Numbered from the stretch's first letter, positions 1-8,943 are shown. The stretch: DNA of 64,000 nucleotides from an uncultured Bdellovibrionales bacterium (GCA_964612055.1 CAZTBI010000001.1:228824-292823); one strand, 5' to 3'. Notes: a model not told the origin generated them from the sequence alone. Program-made: numbers and translations.

Positions 1-1192
1 TAGGTGCTCCACCGGCAAGCTCAGCAAAAGTGGGTGCCAAATCTACGTTCCCAACAATATCGTCAACTACTTCCCCCTTGGCTACCCCAGGGCCACGGAC
101 AATGAGTGGGAGATGAATATCCTCTTCATAGATAGTTTGCTTTCCAGCATCCAATCGGTGCTGGCCAAGATGAAATCCATTGTCTGATGTAAAGACGATA
201 TACGTGTTGTCGAGTTCGCCCGTTTTTTCCAAAGTCTGAATAATGCGCTCAATCATATCATCTACAGCCTGAAGTGAACCTAAGCGTTTTCGGTATTTCT
301 CATCAAGTTCAGCAATCTTTTTACTAGAAAGCGGGCCTTGCTCTCGTACCCATAGTGCTTTGTCAGAAACATCAGCCTCGTCAAAAGCTGCCGTCCTTGG
401 TACCTGTAGATCCGCAAACATGCCGGCGTGACGAGGGGCGGGAGTGGCAGGGGCATGTGGTGCAGTTGGAGCGAGATACATGAAGAATGGACTGTCTGCG
501 TTGGTCCGCTTCTCTAAGAAAGACACTGTTTTATCAGCGAGCACATCGGTTTTGAAATCCTCGGGGGCTTTCCCGTAGGTGACAACCTTCCCATTCTCAT
601 TCATTTCATAGTCGTACACCTCTTGTGTAAAGATCGCTCGCCAATCGTCCCAACCTGGTGGAACATGATTTTTTGAAGTCGCTTTGTCCTCACCCTTTCC
701 ATACCCATTGAGGTATTTTCCAATAAATGATGTGGTATAACCCCAATTCTTGAGCCAGACACCGATAGTCTCTTGTTCTCCGTTGACCCCCAGTTGCTGA
801 AACTTTTCAAAACCACCGTTTGGAAGTTGATTCCCCTTGACATGGGTATTGTTGGCGTTCTGACCACGAAGAATCGAAGCACGAGCGACACAGCACAGGG
901 CATAGTTGTCAAAATAGTTTGAAAAAGATGTCCCCTCATTTACCAGGTACTTCTGGAGCTTTGGCATGTATGCCAGTGAAGCCAAGTCTTGGTCATCAGT
1001 GAGGATAAAGAGGATATTTGGACTCTCAGATGATACTGGTCGTGACACTACTGGTTGCCGCGTTGTTGATTGGCGCTCGGAGACTGACCCTGTACCTGTT
1101 TTGAGAAATGCCACCGCGGAAGCAATGAGAAATAAGGCGAGGAGGAGGATACCCCCTACCTTTATAGCCTTTGTTGTAAAAAATCCTTTCAT
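1..1192 (-). CDS. Sulfatase family protein, N-acetylglucosamine-6-sulfatase-like; partial, C-terminus beyond the window edge. It has an N-terminal membrane anchor or signal peptide.
   Basis: My own translation of the minus strand from the ATG at 1192 gives MKGFFTTKAIKVGGILLLALFL...NILFILTDDQD...ALCCVARASILRG...YIVFTSDNGFHLGQH, which are sulfatase/alkaline-phosphatase superfamily hallmarks. The ORF is missing from the supplied ORF list because it runs off the window edge. Confidence 0.7.
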   Translation of the reverse strand, partial: MKGFFTTKAIKVGGILLLALFLIASAVAFLKTGTGSVSERQSTTRQPVVSRPVSSESPNILFILTDDQDLASLAYMPKLQKYLVNEGTSFSNYFDNYALCCVARASILRGQNANNTHVKGNQLPNGGFEKFQQLGVNGEQETIGVWLKNWGYTTSFIGKYLNGYGKGEDKATSKNHVPPGWDDWRAIFTQEVYDYEMNENGKVVTYGKAPEDFKTDVLADKTVSFLEKRTNADSPFFMYLAPTAPHAPATPAPRHAGMFADLQVPRTAAFDEADVSDKALWVREQGPLSSKKIAELDEKYRKRLGSLQAVDDMIERIIQTLEKTGELDNTYIVFTSDNGFHLGQHRLDAGKQTIYEEDIHLPLIVRGPGVAKGEVVDDIVGNVDLAPTFAELAGGAP

Positions 1193-1219
1193 CATAATTC
1201 TATCACTTACTTTACCTTA

Positions 1220-2485
1220 TTATTTATACATATTCGGTAAATCACGATCAAACAATGTATACGGATCGTTATAAAACTTTACGAATGAATCATAGTTCTT
1301 CTGACCAGGAAGCGGCACTCTATATCCTCCCTCTCCCCCTCTTGGTTCATTCGTCCAAGTCATAAAATAGACAATATTTTTCGCTACCGAATCAGCCTTG
1401 AGCGGTTCCAGGAAATCTTTCATGAACCAGTCTTGTGATGTCGTATTACCAAAACCTTGTTTCACTCCGGACTCGGTGATAGCAGCGACTTTCCCATGTT
1501 CTTCGGCAAACTCCACCAAAAAACGAGCGTCAGCTAATATAGCCTGAGTATAGTTATCACTCACTCTCTTCCCTTTTTCTGTCTCGTCTGTATCATAGCG
1601 GTCTACACCGACCACATCGACATAGGCATCACCAGGATACCGATCAAACCCTCCGTTAGGATGATCTGTTACCTGTGAAGGCGCGAAGGCGAAAAGCATA
1701 TTATGGACTCCTTTCTCATTGCGGAGGTAGTCAACCATATACCGCCAGGCAGCAATATATTCTTCCGGCGCACTATGCTTCTGTCCCCACCAGTCCCATG
1801 AACCGGTCATTTCGTGCCAAGGTCGGAATATGAGTGGTATTTTAACTCCATTCTCCTCCGCACTATTAGCAAAATCAGCGATATCATCAAGAATCTTTTT
1901 GAAATTCTCATTACCACTCTTGCCCGGCATAAGGTTTACCATTGGGTCACCATTGAAATCGTGAGAATCACCGAGGGTTACAGGGTTCGGCATAGGCATA
2001 TGAACTGTTACCACAGCTCCTTTGCGATAAGCATCAAGAACATACGGCTTGAGCCTATCCATTCCTTCGCCAACGGTGTAGTTTGTATTGAGATTGATCC
2101 CGTACAGGCCCGGACCATCACCAACAGCTGTTTCTATATCAGAAACATTTTTTTGACCAGCTTTTGCATTCCACTGCTGGCCACTAAGCGAAGCGTGCTG
2201 CTGACCAAAAATAAGCCCCTTCCCTCGGAGGGCCCGGAGATTCTGAAACAGCGCTACAGTTTCTTTGGTGGCCTTTTTATCCGAAGGAAGGGCGGTATCT
2301 GAAGAAGTATCTACACTTACAGGCTCTTCTGACGCCCGATTGTTTGTCTGGGTCTGGCGTGGCTGAGTCAAAACCGGTACCCCATCATCTGTCCTCTGTT
2401 TCATGAAAAACGTGACCGCCAGAACCCCAAGTACTACAACAAAGAGCGCTATCAAAAGGTATTTTAGAGCAGTAGCTTTATTCAT
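1220..2485 (-). CDS. Glycoside hydrolase family 26 (beta-mannanase-like), membrane anchored
   Basis: 421-aa ORF with an N-terminal TM helix and a WHEMTGSWDWWG motif typical of GH26. Confidence 0.6.
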   Translation of the reverse strand: MNKATALKYLLIALFVVVLGVLAVTFFMKQRTDDGVPVLTQPRQTQTNNRASEEPVSVDTSSDTALPSDKKATKETVALFQNLRALRGKGLIFGQQHASLSGQQWNAKAGQKNVSDIETAVGDGPGLYGINLNTNYTVGEGMDRLKPYVLDAYRKGAVVTVHMPMPNPVTLGDSHDFNGDPMVNLMPGKSGNENFKKILDDIADFANSAEENGVKIPLIFRPWHEMTGSWDWWGQKHSAPEEYIAAWRYMVDYLRNEKGVHNMLFAFAPSQVTDHPNGGFDRYPGDAYVDVVGVDRYDTDETEKGKRVSDNYTQAILADARFLVEFAEEHGKVAAITESGVKQGFGNTTSQDWFMKDFLEPLKADSVAKNIVYFMTWTNEPRGGEGGYRVPLPGQKNYDSFVKFYNDPYTLFDRDLPNMYK

Positions 2486-2548
2486 AAATGAGGGAAAAAT
2501 ACTAATAAGCGCATTATAACACTCTTTGTCTTAATACTCCCGGGGAAC

Positions 2549-2574
2549 AAAAAAGGACCCATTTAATGGGTCCA
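2549..2574 (-). terminator. Rho-independent terminator downstream of tRNA-Gln
   Basis: GGACCCATT-TAA-ATGGGTCC hairpin followed by a T-run on the minus strand. Confidence 0.5.
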
Positions 2575-2590
2575 CTTATTCTTTTCAATG

Positions 2591-2662
2591 CTGGGGAGGA
2601 AGGGATCGAACCTTCGCATGGTGGGACCAGAACCCACTGCCTTACCGCTTGGCTACTCCCCA
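2591..2662 (-). tRNA. tRNA-Gln, anticodon CTG
   Basis: Manual fold gives acceptor TGGGGAG/CTCCCCA, D arm GCC..GGC, anticodon stem GTGGG/CCCAC with loop TTCTGGT, T arm GAAGG-TTCGATC-CCTTC and discriminator G. No CCA is encoded. Confidence 0.8.
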
Positions 2663-2666
2663 ATAA

Positions 2667-2918
2667 CTACAAACTATCTAGTATTTCTTTTAGTTCTCTT
2701 CTGCCACTTCTTGTTTTCAGGTACAATTCTCTTTTTCTGGCTTTGTCCAGACTATCAAAACTTTCAAAGTAAATCAATCGTAGAGGCCTTCGGTTCATTG
2801 TGGCCCTACATCTGCCATTATTATGCTCCTCTAGTCTCCGCCTGAGATTATCTGTTGAGCCAGTATAAGTTTTACCGTCGCCTAGACTAAGGAGAATGTA
2901 TACTGTGTTTTCTTTCAT
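2667..2918 (-). CDS. GIY-YIG nuclease superfamily protein (UPF0213-like), about 83 aa
   Basis: MKENTVYILLSLGDGKTYTGSTDNLRRRLEEHNNG...ELYLKTRSGRRELKEIL is a classic GIY-YIG core. The ORF-track start at 3071 adds 51 residues that are a read-through of tRNA-like sequence, so the start was set at the ATG at 2918. Confidence 0.65.
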   Translation of the reverse strand: MKENTVYILLSLGDGKTYTGSTDNLRRRLEEHNNGRCRATMNRRPLRLIYFESFDSLDKARKRELYLKTRSGRRELKEILDSL

Positions 2919-2924
2919 AAGACC

Positions 2925-3020
2925 AGAACCCACTGCCTTATCCGTCCTCGTTTCTCTCGGCCGAGACAAGCCGCTTGGTTTACCTCGGCTCGCTTTAGCG
3001 AGACGGGCTACTCCCCAAGA
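2925..3020 (-). repeat. Degenerate partial copy of the 5' half of tRNA-Gln, interrupted by a palindromic insertion of about 65 nt
   Basis: Three blocks match the intact tRNA in order: TGGGGAGTAGC, CCAAGCGG and TAAGGCAGTGGGTTCTGGTC. Hairpin-forming inserts lie between them (CCGTC...GACGG ends). The T arm and 3' acceptor are absent. Confidence 0.55.
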
Positions 3021-3094
3021 ATGTATATCAAAACGCCCTCCTATCCTAGCGAAAAAGAGGCTCTCGGTCAAGATGAAAGCCTCCTTGGAAACAC

Positions 3095-4009
3095 CTACAC
3101 TTTCAGATAGCGACGGATGGCAATGGTGCTGGAAATCACTCCCAAGAGTACGCCGAGGAGTAAAAGTCCGAAGAGAACAGGAAAGAAGAAATGAAGGTAC
3201 AGTCCCATGAAATTCCCCTGCGGAATCGCTCCTTCAGTCAGTGGTGAGATAAAATAAGCAGCGCCAAAAAGAGAAATGGCCGTCACCAAAGCTGCCGCCA
3301 CTCCGTAGAATATACCTTCGAACATAAATGGCATACGTACATAGATGTTGGACGCCCCTACCAAACGCATGATCTCGAATTCCTGACGGTGCGAATAAAT
3401 AGTGATTCGAATCGTGTTGAACGTAATGAGAACAGCAATAAAGATAAATGACAAGCCGAGAATCAAGCCCACTCTCTTCGCAGTACTATTGATGTGATCG
3501 AGGCGATCAAAAATCTTTTTATTCTTGGCGTAGTTGATACGGCTGATGTCACTCTGGAAGGTCGAATGCTCTATCTGATTGACGATCACATCGTAGTATT
3601 CTGGCTGCACCGCTTTCACAACGAGCGAAGCCAAAAGTGGGTTTTCGCCAATTTCTTCTACTGCCTGAGCAATGATCGGGTCATTACCACTTTCTGAGAG
3701 GAAATTCTTCAGCGCATTATCTCGTGAAACGTACTCGACCGACGCTACTTCTTTTTTGTATTTGGCCAGTTCATCACGAATCTCCAAGATACGCTCTTCT
3801 GAAACATCCGGGTTGAAAGAAACACTCACCGTTACCTTGTCACGCATCCCTTGGAGTACATAGTGTGTCGTCACACCGAGCAGAGTCGAGAGACTGACGA
3901 TGAAAAGCGAAAGTGTCAAAATACTGACCGTCGCAAAAGACAACCAACCATTACGATGGAAGTTGAGCCAGCCTTCTTTAAATGTTCGCCACAGTTTCAG
4001 TGCTTTCAT
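3095..4009 (-). CDS. ftsX: Cell division ABC transporter permease FtsX
   Basis: Four C-terminal TM helices plus a periplasmic domain, FtsX-like. A start at the ATG at 4009 (MKALKLWRTF) avoids a 50-nt overlap with ftsE. Confidence 0.75.
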   Translation of the reverse strand: MKALKLWRTFKEGWLNFHRNGWLSFATVSILTLSLFIVSLSTLLGVTTHYVLQGMRDKVTVSVSFNPDVSEERILEIRDELAKYKKEVASVEYVSRDNALKNFLSESGNDPIIAQAVEEIGENPLLASLVVKAVQPEYYDVIVNQIEHSTFQSDISRINYAKNKKIFDRLDHINSTAKRVGLILGLSFIFIAVLITFNTIRITIYSHRQEFEIMRLVGASNIYVRMPFMFEGIFYGVAAALVTAISLFGAAYFISPLTEGAIPQGNFMGLYLHFFFPVLFGLLLLGVLLGVISSTIAIRRYLKV

Positions 4010-4016
4010 GTTTTTA

Positions 4017-4733
4017 TTATTGTAACATATACTTCCCCTTGCTTTCATCATGAGCAATACGCCCATCCTTCAAAATAACAACGCGCTTACCTAAATTATC
4101 AACAACCCCTTTGTTGTGGGTCGCCAAAATGACCGTAGTGCCAAAGGAATTAATCTCAAGGAGTAGCTGGATGATTTCATTACTGGATATTGGATCCAAG
4201 TTACCGGTCGGCTCATCAGCAATAATCACCTTTGGACGATGGATAAGAGCTCGGGCCAAAGAAACACGCTGCTGCTCTCCTCCAGAAAGTTGGTGTGGAA
4301 ACTTGTCCATCTTTGTTGCCAAACCAACGATGTCGAGTATTTCTGGCACTTGAGCGCTGATCTCTTCTTCGCTCACACCATCAACTTCGAGTGCGTAGGC
4401 CACGTTTTCAAAGGCTGTCTTCTGTGGGAGAAGCTTGAAATCCTGAAAAACTGTCCCGATGTTGCGACGATAGTATGGGAGATGCTTGCGATTGATCTGC
4501 GTTATTGGACGCTCACTGAAATACACCTCGCCCTCTGTTGGTATCTCTTCAGCATAGATCAATTTGAGGAGTGTCGATTTTCCCACGCCACTCGCTCCCA
4601 CCAGAGAAAGAAACTCTCCAGGATAGACTACCAGGTTGATGTTTTTCAATACCGTAATATCACCCTGGTAGGTTTTTGAGACATTTTCGAAACGAATAAT
4701 AGATCGTTTCTTTTCTGGTATTTTTTCTGGCAT
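4017..4733 (-). CDS. ftsE: Cell division ATP-binding protein FtsE
   Basis: Walker A GASGVGKST, ABC signature LSGGEQQR and Walker B IIADEPTGNLD. Confidence 0.9.
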   Translation of the reverse strand: MPEKIPEKKRSIIRFENVSKTYQGDITVLKNINLVVYPGEFLSLVGASGVGKSTLLKLIYAEEIPTEGEVYFSERPITQINRKHLPYYRRNIGTVFQDFKLLPQKTAFENVAYALEVDGVSEEEISAQVPEILDIVGLATKMDKFPHQLSGGEQQRVSLARALIHRPKVIIADEPTGNLDPISSNEIIQLLLEINSFGTTVILATHNKGVVDNLGKRVVILKDGRIAHDESKGKYMLQ

Positions 4734-4755
4734 AGTTTTTATTTTGAAAATTCTG

Positions 4756-5845
4756 TTATTGCGATTGGAGATAACGGAGTGTACTTTCTATGAACATATC
4801 CAGTGATCCATCAAGCACTTTGGCCGTATCACTGGTTTCCGTGTCGGTACGATGATCTTTGACGAGGGTATAGGGGTGGAGGACATAGGAACGAATCTGG
4901 TTTCCCCACTCAGCGCTCTTGTATTCACCCCGGAGTTTGCGCTTAGCCTCTGCTTCTTCTTCCAATTGCTTCTGGAGCAACTTTGATTTCAAAAGTTTCA
5001 TTGCCTGCTCACGATTCTGGAGTTGAGAACGCTCAGTTTGACAGGTCACCACTGTGTTCGTCGGTAAGTGCGTGATCCGGACTGCGCTCTCGGTCTTGTT
5101 GACGTTTTGTCCGCCAGCGCCAGAAGAGCGATAGGTATCGATACGCAGTTCTTCAGGCTTGATGACAATAGCCGTGTCATCATTTTCGATCACCGGCATC
5201 ACTTCGACCGAAGCAAAGGAAGTCTGACGCAAGCTATTGGCATTGAAAGGCGAGAGACGCACCAATCGATGAATCCCGGCTTCTCCGCGTAAATAACCAT
5301 ACCCATAGACACCGTCTATCTCGAGAGTCACGCTCTTGATCCCTGCTTCACTACCACGGGCTTCATCGAGAATACTGGTCCGAAAGCCTTTCTTCTCAGC
5401 ATACCGGAGATACATGCGCATCAGTATCTCTGCCCAATCCTGAGCATCGACACCGCCAGCTCCACTTCGAATAGTGAGCAGTGCTGAGCCACGATCATAC
5501 GTTCCTCCCAAGAGCGTTTTGAACTCCCAGTCGTGTATAGCTTGTGCCGCCTTCTTATACTCATCCTCTACCAAGGCCATAGCTTCAGTAGTATTTTCTT
5601 TGGAAAAAGCTTCCAAATCAGAGAGGGCATTTCGAAGCGATTCAAAAGACTGACGTTCTTTTTCGAGAGTTTCTATTTCTTGCATGATGCGACCAGCTTT
5701 CTTTGGATCATTCCAAAACCCTGGCTGCTCACTCTCTCGCTTCAGTTCGTCTTTCTTTTTTTCCTTTGCGGCAAAGTCAAAGGTAGTCCTGCAACTGCAG
5801 GAGTTTTTGTTGAAGAGCTGCGATGTTTTCCTGTACTTCGCTCAT
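4756..5845 (-). CDS. prfB: Peptide chain release factor 2 with a programmed +1 ribosomal frameshift
   Basis: SPF and GGQ motifs are present in the 309-aa ORF. An upstream 22-codon frame-0 ORF (MSEVQENIAALQQKLLQLQDYL) ends at CTT TGA C, and the +1 frame joins in-frame (DFAAKEKKKDEL...MQEIETLEK). Confidence 0.85.
5776..5782 (-). promoter_or_regulatory. prfB +1 frameshift site CTT-TGA-C, with an AGGA Shine-Dalgarno-like element 3 nt upstream
   Basis: Read directly: minus-strand GAC TAC CTT TGA CTT TGC. Confidence 0.8.
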
Positions 5846-5948
5846 GAGTCTCATTATAGCAACTTTCTTATTATTCGAGAAGGAATCCCTGCCCTCAGGT
5901 TGAAATTTTTCGCTCTTTGATATAGACTGGTCTCCATGCCGATGTAGC

Positions 5949-6025
5949 TCAGTTTCCGCCAGAGGCGGACCAGCCTCGGGCTGGGGTACGAATGATAACG
6001 CACTTCCGCCAAAGGCGGATAGACT
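5949..6025. repeat. Three stable 6-bp hairpins with triloops in the prfB/tRNA-Thr divergent intergenic region: TCCGCC-AGA-GGCGGA, CCAGCC-TCG-GGCTGG and TCCGCC-AAA-GGCGGA
   Basis: Read directly. The CCAGAGGCGG 10-mer recurs at 6156-6165 (reverse complement) and at 14170-14179. Confidence 0.45.
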
Positions 6026-6049
6026 CCACGCGCAGGTTATTTTTTAAGA

Positions 6050-6122
6050 GCCGTCTTAGCTCAGTTGGTAGAGCGTGGCATTCGTAACGCCAAGGTCCGG
6101 AGTTCGATCCTCCGAGACGGCT
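6050..6122 (+). tRNA. tRNA-Thr, anticodon CGT
   Basis: GCCGTCT acceptor, GCTCAGTTGGTAGAGC D arm, anticodon loop TTCGTAA and T arm CGGAG-TTCGATC-CTCCG. Confidence 0.85.
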
Positions 6123-6193
6123 CTCAGGAAATAACACTTAGGTTTTTAGGTTCCCTGCCCGCCTCTGGAGGGAATCCCGGTCATCGGCTCAAA

Positions 6194-6229
6194 GAAAAAA
6201 CAGCCCTCGTAAACACGGGCTGTTTTTTA
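6194..6229. terminator. Bidirectional Rho-independent terminator
   Basis: A-run, then CAGCCC-TCGTAAACAC-GGGCTG, then a T-run. It lies between tRNA-Thr and the convergent dsbA-like gene. Confidence 0.6.
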
Positions 6230-6237
6230 TCGCCTCA

Positions 6238-7266
6238 TCACTTGGCGAGCTCTTGGTCGATAGCCTGCTTGATGTCGGTAGCTGTGACTGCACCATCAAG
6301 AAAAGTCCCCCCAATAAAAGTAGCTGGGGTAGTGCTCAAGAAAAGCGTTGCTGCCTCTTCTTTATCCTGTGCTATTTTTTCTTTGTACGTACCATTCTCG
6401 AGACAACTTGAGAATTTCTTGTAATCAAGTTTCAGCCACCAAGCGTAATCCTTGAATTTCTGGAGATTCGAGACCTTACCCCACTCCCCTTGCTTATTGA
6501 AAAGATGATCGGCATAGATATCAAACTTTCCTTGTTCATTGGCACATTCCGAAGCCAAGGCGGCATTTTCTGCCTGAGCATGATAAGAGAGTGGTAGGTG
6601 CTTGTAGACCAGACGCACCTGATCACCATAGGAAGCAGCTACTTGCTTCAGCGTAGTATGAAATGTTTTGCAGTGTGGACATTCAAAATCAGAAAACTCA
6701 ATCAGAGTCACTTTGGCATTTTCCGAGCCAGAGACAATATCTTTTTCACTAACTCCTGGAAGTTTCAAATATCTTCCAGCCGGCAAACCGATTTTTGCCA
6801 TGTCAAAGAAGTAACGACCGTCACGTACCTGAAAAAGACTTGATGCCTGAGAGTAAAAACTGGTGTGAAGAATGTCTTTGGAAAAAACAAAAGCTGGCAA
6901 CGTCACTACGCCAGAACGCTCAGCCAGACCCTTCCCAAGAGGATCAGCGATATCAATCTTGGTCGCTTCCAGAGTCGGGACGACACGACGAAGCCAGACC
7001 AGAGCCTCGCTCGGATCACAGGCACTACAATCCTTATCCGTGATCACTGAAAGCTCTACCTTTGGATCACCATATCCCACCCACGTCTTTCCGGATGTCT
7101 CAAGGACGTTGTGCGTTCGCGTCGCCCAAGGGGAAAATCCTTCACCACTTACGAGCTGAACAAAATCAACACACAGACTCCCGAGAAAAAGTCCGCCGAG
7201 AATAATCGTCAACGCCAAAAGATTCTTGGTCTTTTCGTTCTTTTTCTCAAACAATTCTTCTTGCAT
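6238..7266 (-). CDS. Membrane-anchored thiol:disulfide oxidoreductase with two thioredoxin-like domains (DsbA/BdbD family)
   Basis: N-terminal TM helix, and CSAC and CPHC redox motifs. Confidence 0.7.
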   Translation of the reverse strand: MQEELFEKKNEKTKNLLALTIILGGLFLGSLCVDFVQLVSGEGFSPWATRTHNVLETSGKTWVGYGDPKVELSVITDKDCSACDPSEALVWLRRVVPTLEATKIDIADPLGKGLAERSGVVTLPAFVFSKDILHTSFYSQASSLFQVRDGRYFFDMAKIGLPAGRYLKLPGVSEKDIVSGSENAKVTLIEFSDFECPHCKTFHTTLKQVAASYGDQVRLVYKHLPLSYHAQAENAALASECANEQGKFDIYADHLFNKQGEWGKVSNLQKFKDYAWWLKLDYKKFSSCLENGTYKEKIAQDKEEAATLFLSTTPATFIGGTFLDGAVTATDIKQAIDQELAK

Positions 7267-7284
7267 AGATAGAGATTATCAGGA

Positions 7285-7605
7285 TTATTCCCCTTCCTCC
7301 GAACATGATTCTCCACGAGGGGCTGGCTCTTGTGAGGTCGCCAGTGTCCCGCCGTTTTGAATCAACTCTTTCTGAAGGATGTTCAAATCAACAACATTTG
7401 AAGAGCGAGAGAGCTTGTAATCGTCGAAACCAATGGTGAGTGTGTCGTTCACGATAGACTTCAAGAGGGCGCCGGTAAGCAAGGCAACAAGAAAGAGCAG
7501 GGCTAAATCACGAGATGTATATTCGCGATGAAGTAGGTTTTTTGCAAAAACCTGAGCTTCCTTGGCTTTTTTTGAAGCTTTATCCTGCCAATCAATCATT
7601 TCCAT
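7285..7605 (-). CDS. Hypothetical small membrane protein
   Basis: 106-aa ORF with one TM segment; no recognisable domain. Confidence 0.35.
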   Translation of the reverse strand: MEMIDWQDKASKKAKEAQVFAKNLLHREYTSRDLALLFLVALLTGALLKSIVNDTLTIGFDDYKLSRSSNVVDLNILQKELIQNGGTLATSQEPAPRGESCSEEGE

Positions 7606-7705
7606 AGGCTTGAAAGTTGAAAGAGTACCTTAGCACGAGACCGTCCTTTTTGACAATCCCCGTCTAAAAGAAAAAAGGCCCTACTTATATAGGCGCCCTC
7701 TTTTC

Positions 7706-8467
7706 TTACTTCGAGCCAAAAGCACTTGGCGTACGAATGGTTTTGAAACCATCTGTTGGTCCGAACCACTTTGAGAGATAACCTTCGCAGTTATTACTCT
7801 TCTGGCAGGTACCATCAAACGTATTGTAGGCTGAGTTTGTTTCGCGCCAGTAATCAATACCCATTTGCAATCGTGCTAGACCACTGATTCGCACCTCCAT
7901 CTCAACAATATAATTCATGCCGGGCTTGGCAGTGGCCTTTGGATCTGTCCAGCCATGATAAATAAAACGTGGTGCTTTACTGACATCAATAACGAGCGCT
8001 TCATCCCCCTTCTTGACCATTCCTTTTGTTGGCTGCGAAGGACCTCCTTGGTACCAACCTGGAATACGTGGGTATAATTCTCCATCAAAAGTCGCCGCGC
8101 CATTATTGTCCGAGAAGTCTGTAACCTCACTCACTACTTCCTCTGTATTAGTAGAGAGGTCATGTTCAATCAACCGGATCGCTCTAATTTCGAGTTTTGC
8201 CTCTTGATCAGCCGGCGTATCACACGGAACGACACTCACCACTTGCATAAGAGCAAGTACCGCATGAAAATCTTCCGGCGCCGTCCCTCGCCAAATAGTT
8301 TCTTTTTTATGCTGTGCCCCAAATGGCACGGTGAAGGACTGAAGCGCCAAAGGAGCCTCTTTGCTCAAAGCGCACACCGCCTCAATCGTTTTGAGTTCTG
8401 GTCCAAATGTAGCGGCATAACTTGCCACCAACATTGTAAGTATTCCAAAATAGACAATTCTTCCCAT
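7706..8467 (-). CDS. Hypothetical secreted protein
   Basis: 253-aa ORF with an N-terminal signal-peptide-like hydrophobic segment. Confidence 0.45.
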   Translation of the reverse strand: MGRIVYFGILTMLVASYAATFGPELKTIEAVCALSKEAPLALQSFTVPFGAQHKKETIWRGTAPEDFHAVLALMQVVSVVPCDTPADQEAKLEIRAIRLIEHDLSTNTEEVVSEVTDFSDNNGAATFDGELYPRIPGWYQGGPSQPTKGMVKKGDEALVIDVSKAPRFIYHGWTDPKATAKPGMNYIVEMEVRISGLARLQMGIDYWRETNSAYNTFDGTCQKSNNCEGYLSKWFGPTDGFKTIRTPSAFGSK

Positions 8468-8525
8468 AACTAAAAGGTGGGGTTAGCGTTCAAAATGACT
8501 CTACATTTAAGCACTTTTCTGTGTT

Positions 8526-8867
8526 TTAGTCAATGGAGATAATGTCGTCCAGAACACTGTCCAAATCATCGATACTTCGTGAACCAATGCCATCAGCCTT
8601 GCACGATGGGTTCTTCAATTCTGCTCGAACAGTTTCTACCACCGAAACCGGCTTCACTCCCTTGATAATATTGTCATTTACGGCGATATTTGGCCCCTCC
8701 TTGCAGCCAGACAGACAGCGTGGGGACTTCATGACCAACGCTTCTTCAGAGGCAAATCCTTGCTTCAAAGCAAGGAGAATATTTTCTGCCCCTCTTTGGC
8801 AGCAGCTTTCCTCGAAACACACTTTGATAGTGGCTCGGACATCTTTTTGTGGAGTGATTTCTTCCAT
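8526..8867 (-). CDS. Thioredoxin-like [2Fe-2S] ferredoxin (NuoE-like fold)
   Basis: C-x4-C (VCFEESCC) and C-x3-C (RCLSGC) followed by GPNIAVND, resembling TRX-like 2Fe-2S ferredoxins. Confidence 0.55.
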   Translation of the reverse strand: MEEITPQKDVRATIKVCFEESCCQRGAENILLALKQGFASEEALVMKSPRCLSGCKEGPNIAVNDNIIKGVKPVSVVETVRAELKNPSCKADGIGSRSIDDLDSVLDDIISID

Positions 8868-8908
8868 ATCCGTCCTACTCTATCACGCTTCCCATCTCTT
8901 GACAATAC

Positions 8909-8943
8909 TCAAAAGAAAGGGTATAAATAGAAGATTTCTTTGA
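8909..8943 (+). promoter_or_regulatory. Putative sigma70 promoter for the GNAT genes
   Basis: TTGACA, 17-nt spacer, TATAAA. Confidence 0.35.

Noticed and set aside
2919-3071. N-terminal 51 residues of the listed 134-aa ORF (GIY-YIG gene)
   Set aside because: They are a read-through of the degenerate tRNA-Gln copy; the real start is the ATG at 2918.
5930-6045. Possible additional tRNA beginning GATGTAGCTCAGT
   Set aside because: No T arm or complementary acceptor 3' strand could be found on either strand, so it is treated as hairpin repeats instead.
5949-6137. 62-aa minus ORF containing ECHALPTELRRL
   Set aside because: Classic antisense translation of a tRNA gene (tRNA-Thr).
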